Assembly (NCBI RefSeq): GCF_000829315.1
Contig: NZ_AP013028.1
Span: forward strand, 210,001 to 242,000
Direction of reading: 5' to 3'
DNA length: 32,000 nt
Source of the DNA: Wolbachia endosymbiont of Cimex lectularius
GTDB taxonomy: Bacteria > Pseudomonadota > Alphaproteobacteria > Rickettsiales > Anaplasmataceae
Below are positions 30,414 to 32,000 of the stretch, piece after piece. The position numbers and the translations under genes are program-made. Position 1 is the first letter of the stretch; every line of letters begins with the position of its first letter. The notes under the pieces are model-generated. The model was given only the letters and a program-made list of their open reading frames with translations, was not told where the DNA came from and did not search any database.

Positions 30414-32000
30414 ATGCAAGAAAAAACTTTCACAATCATCGATGGTTACGGCTTTCTTTTCAGAGCTTATTACGTTTTGCCTCATTTAGTTACCTCAACC
30501 GGTATGCCAATAGGTGGCGTGTATGGCTTTCTAAATATGGTTCTTAAGTACATTACTCACTCGGATTACTTGACCATAGCATTTGACTCTGGCAAAAAAA
30601 ATTTCAGGCACGATTTATACCCCGAGTACAAAGCAAACAGGGTAACTCCTCCTGAGGACTTGATTCCACAGTTTGCAATACTGAGGGAAGCAGTAGAAGC
30701 TTTCAATCTCAGCTATGAAGAGATTGAAGGCTATGAAGCAGATGACATAATTGCAACACTAGCTGCGAAATACGCCAACCACCAAGACTTTAAAGTGGTA
30801 GTAGTTTCGTCAGATAAAGATTTGTTTCAACTCTTGAATCACAACATTTTAATATTCGACCCTATCAAAAATATATACATAGATGAAAAACAAGTAATAG
30901 GAAAATTTGGTGTAAATTCAAACAGGCTTCTTGATTTATTTTCTCTAACTGGAGATGCATCTGATAACATCTCGGGCGTTCCAGGAGTAGGCCCAAAGAC
31001 TGCAGCCAAATTGTTGGATGAATTTGGTTCCTTGGACAATATTCTGGAAAACATTAGTAGCATTGAGCAAACGAGGGTACGTAATATTCTTACCGAACAT
31101 AAGGAAAAAGCGCTAATTTCACGAAAACTTTTATTACTATGCGAGAAAGTAGATCTTCAGCATGATGTTGCAAAATATGAAGTTCATCCTCCAAATATGG
31201 AGAAATTGTTATCCTTTCTAAAGAAGTATGAGTTTAATTCATTAATAAACAAAGCGGAGAAGCTTTTTTCCTATAATAAACCCAGCGCGGAAAAGAAACT
31301 AGAATATAGTAGTGAAGAATTAGAAAAATTTTTGGAGCACTGCAGATATGAAGGCAAAATCGCAATCTATTGCCATTTTGAAAACAATGTACTCAGTAAA
31401 ATCTCCTTGTCTTGCAGTGAAGATGATATTTTCTACATAGATCAAAACTGCCTACAAGATGCACTAATCACAATCAACTTAGTTTTGTTTTTAAATGGGG
31501 TGCTTAAAATAATACATGATGTTAGACAGGTCAGAGAAACATTTTCTACAATAGAAAAAGTGCTAGGCTCAGTTGATGATTTGATGACAATGTCATATAG
31601 CCTTGACACAGGGAAGCATGATCACAGCATTCCAAGCATAATTGCACATAATTTTAGTGAAAATGTAGAGGTTTTCTCAGCAAAAACTTTAATAGCAATC
31701 CATGAAAAGCTGACACAAAGATTGTTCCAGGAAAAGCTTTTTACAATTTACGAGCGCTTCGATAAGCCGCTTATGAAAGTGATACTCAACATGGAGAAAA
31801 ATGGAATATTATTAAACATTCAAAAACTGCAGGAATTGTCTGATAAGTTTCAACAGTTACTCACTGTGCTTGAGGATGATATATATAATTTGGCAGGAGA
31901 AAGATTCAATATTGCTTCGCCAAAACAATTAAGTGATGTTTTGTTTAATAAAATGGGGCTTAATAAGAAGAAAAAGTTAAAATCAGGATCGTATAGCACA
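30414..32000 (+). CDS. polA: DNA polymerase I, 3' end beyond the window
   Basis: Manual translation from ATG 30414 is open for 529 codons: MQEKTFTIIDGYGFLFRAYYVLP...YEADDIIATLA...VVSSDKDLFQLL...LTGDASDNIPGVPGVGPKTAAKLL...GERFNIASPKQLSDVLFNKMGL. Not in the supplied ORF track, probably because it has no stop in the window. Confidence 0.94.
   Translation, partial: MQEKTFTIIDGYGFLFRAYYVLPHLVTSTGMPIGGVYGFLNMVLKYITHSDYLTIAFDSGKKNFRHDLYPEYKANRVTPPEDLIPQFAILREAVEAFNLSYEEIEGYEADDIIATLAAKYANHQDFKVVVVSSDKDLFQLLNHNILIFDPIKNIYIDEKQVIGKFGVNSNRLLDLFSLTGDASDNISGVPGVGPKTAAKLLDEFGSLDNILENISSIEQTRVRNILTEHKEKALISRKLLLLCEKVDLQHDVAKYEVHPPNMEKLLSFLKKYEFNSLINKAEKLFSYNKPSAEKKLEYSSEELEKFLEHCRYEGKIAIYCHFENNVLSKISLSCSEDDIFYIDQNCLQDALITINLVLFLNGVLKIIHDVRQVRETFSTIEKVLGSVDDLMTMSYSLDTGKHDHSIPSIIAHNFSENVEVFSAKTLIAIHEKLTQRLFQEKLFTIYERFDKPLMKVILNMEKNGILLNIQKLQELSDKFQQLLTVLEDDIYNLAGERFNIASPKQLSDVLFNKMGLNKKKKLKSGSYST

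Noticed and set aside
30839-31063. 74-aa minus-strand ORF and 30300-30485 minus ORF
   Set aside because: Antisense to polA or its leader; no support.

Overview
This AT-rich window has Wolbachia-type (Anaplasmataceae, Rickettsiales) gene content and IS elements. The organism is inferred from protein character only; no search was run. The first ~21 kb is ordinary core genome: ispG, recO (minus strand), then one uninterrupted str-S10-spc-alpha block (rpsL, rpsG, fusA, tuf, rpsJ ... secY, adk, rpsM, rpsK, rpoA, rplQ), a YraN/UPF0102 gene and a PstS-like phosphate-binding protein. From ~22.4 kb to 30.3 kb the DNA is decaying accessory sequence. It contains four ~860-bp copies of an IS5-family, ISWpi1-like element. 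One sits in a trkH gene that also has a 1-nt deletion. One truncates an IS4-family transposase pseudogene. Two interrupt a single minus-strand gene for a serine-rich/coiled-coil protein. That gene can be rebuilt on paper to 400 codons by removing both insertions and restoring one A in a poly-A tract. Three related intergenic repeat blocks are also present. The window ends inside polA, whose 3'-5' exonuclease motifs look lost. I found no CRISPR array, prophage module or clear new defence or toxin system. The most interesting items are the rebuilt serine-rich ORF, the intergenic repeat family and the IS-mediated disruptions.
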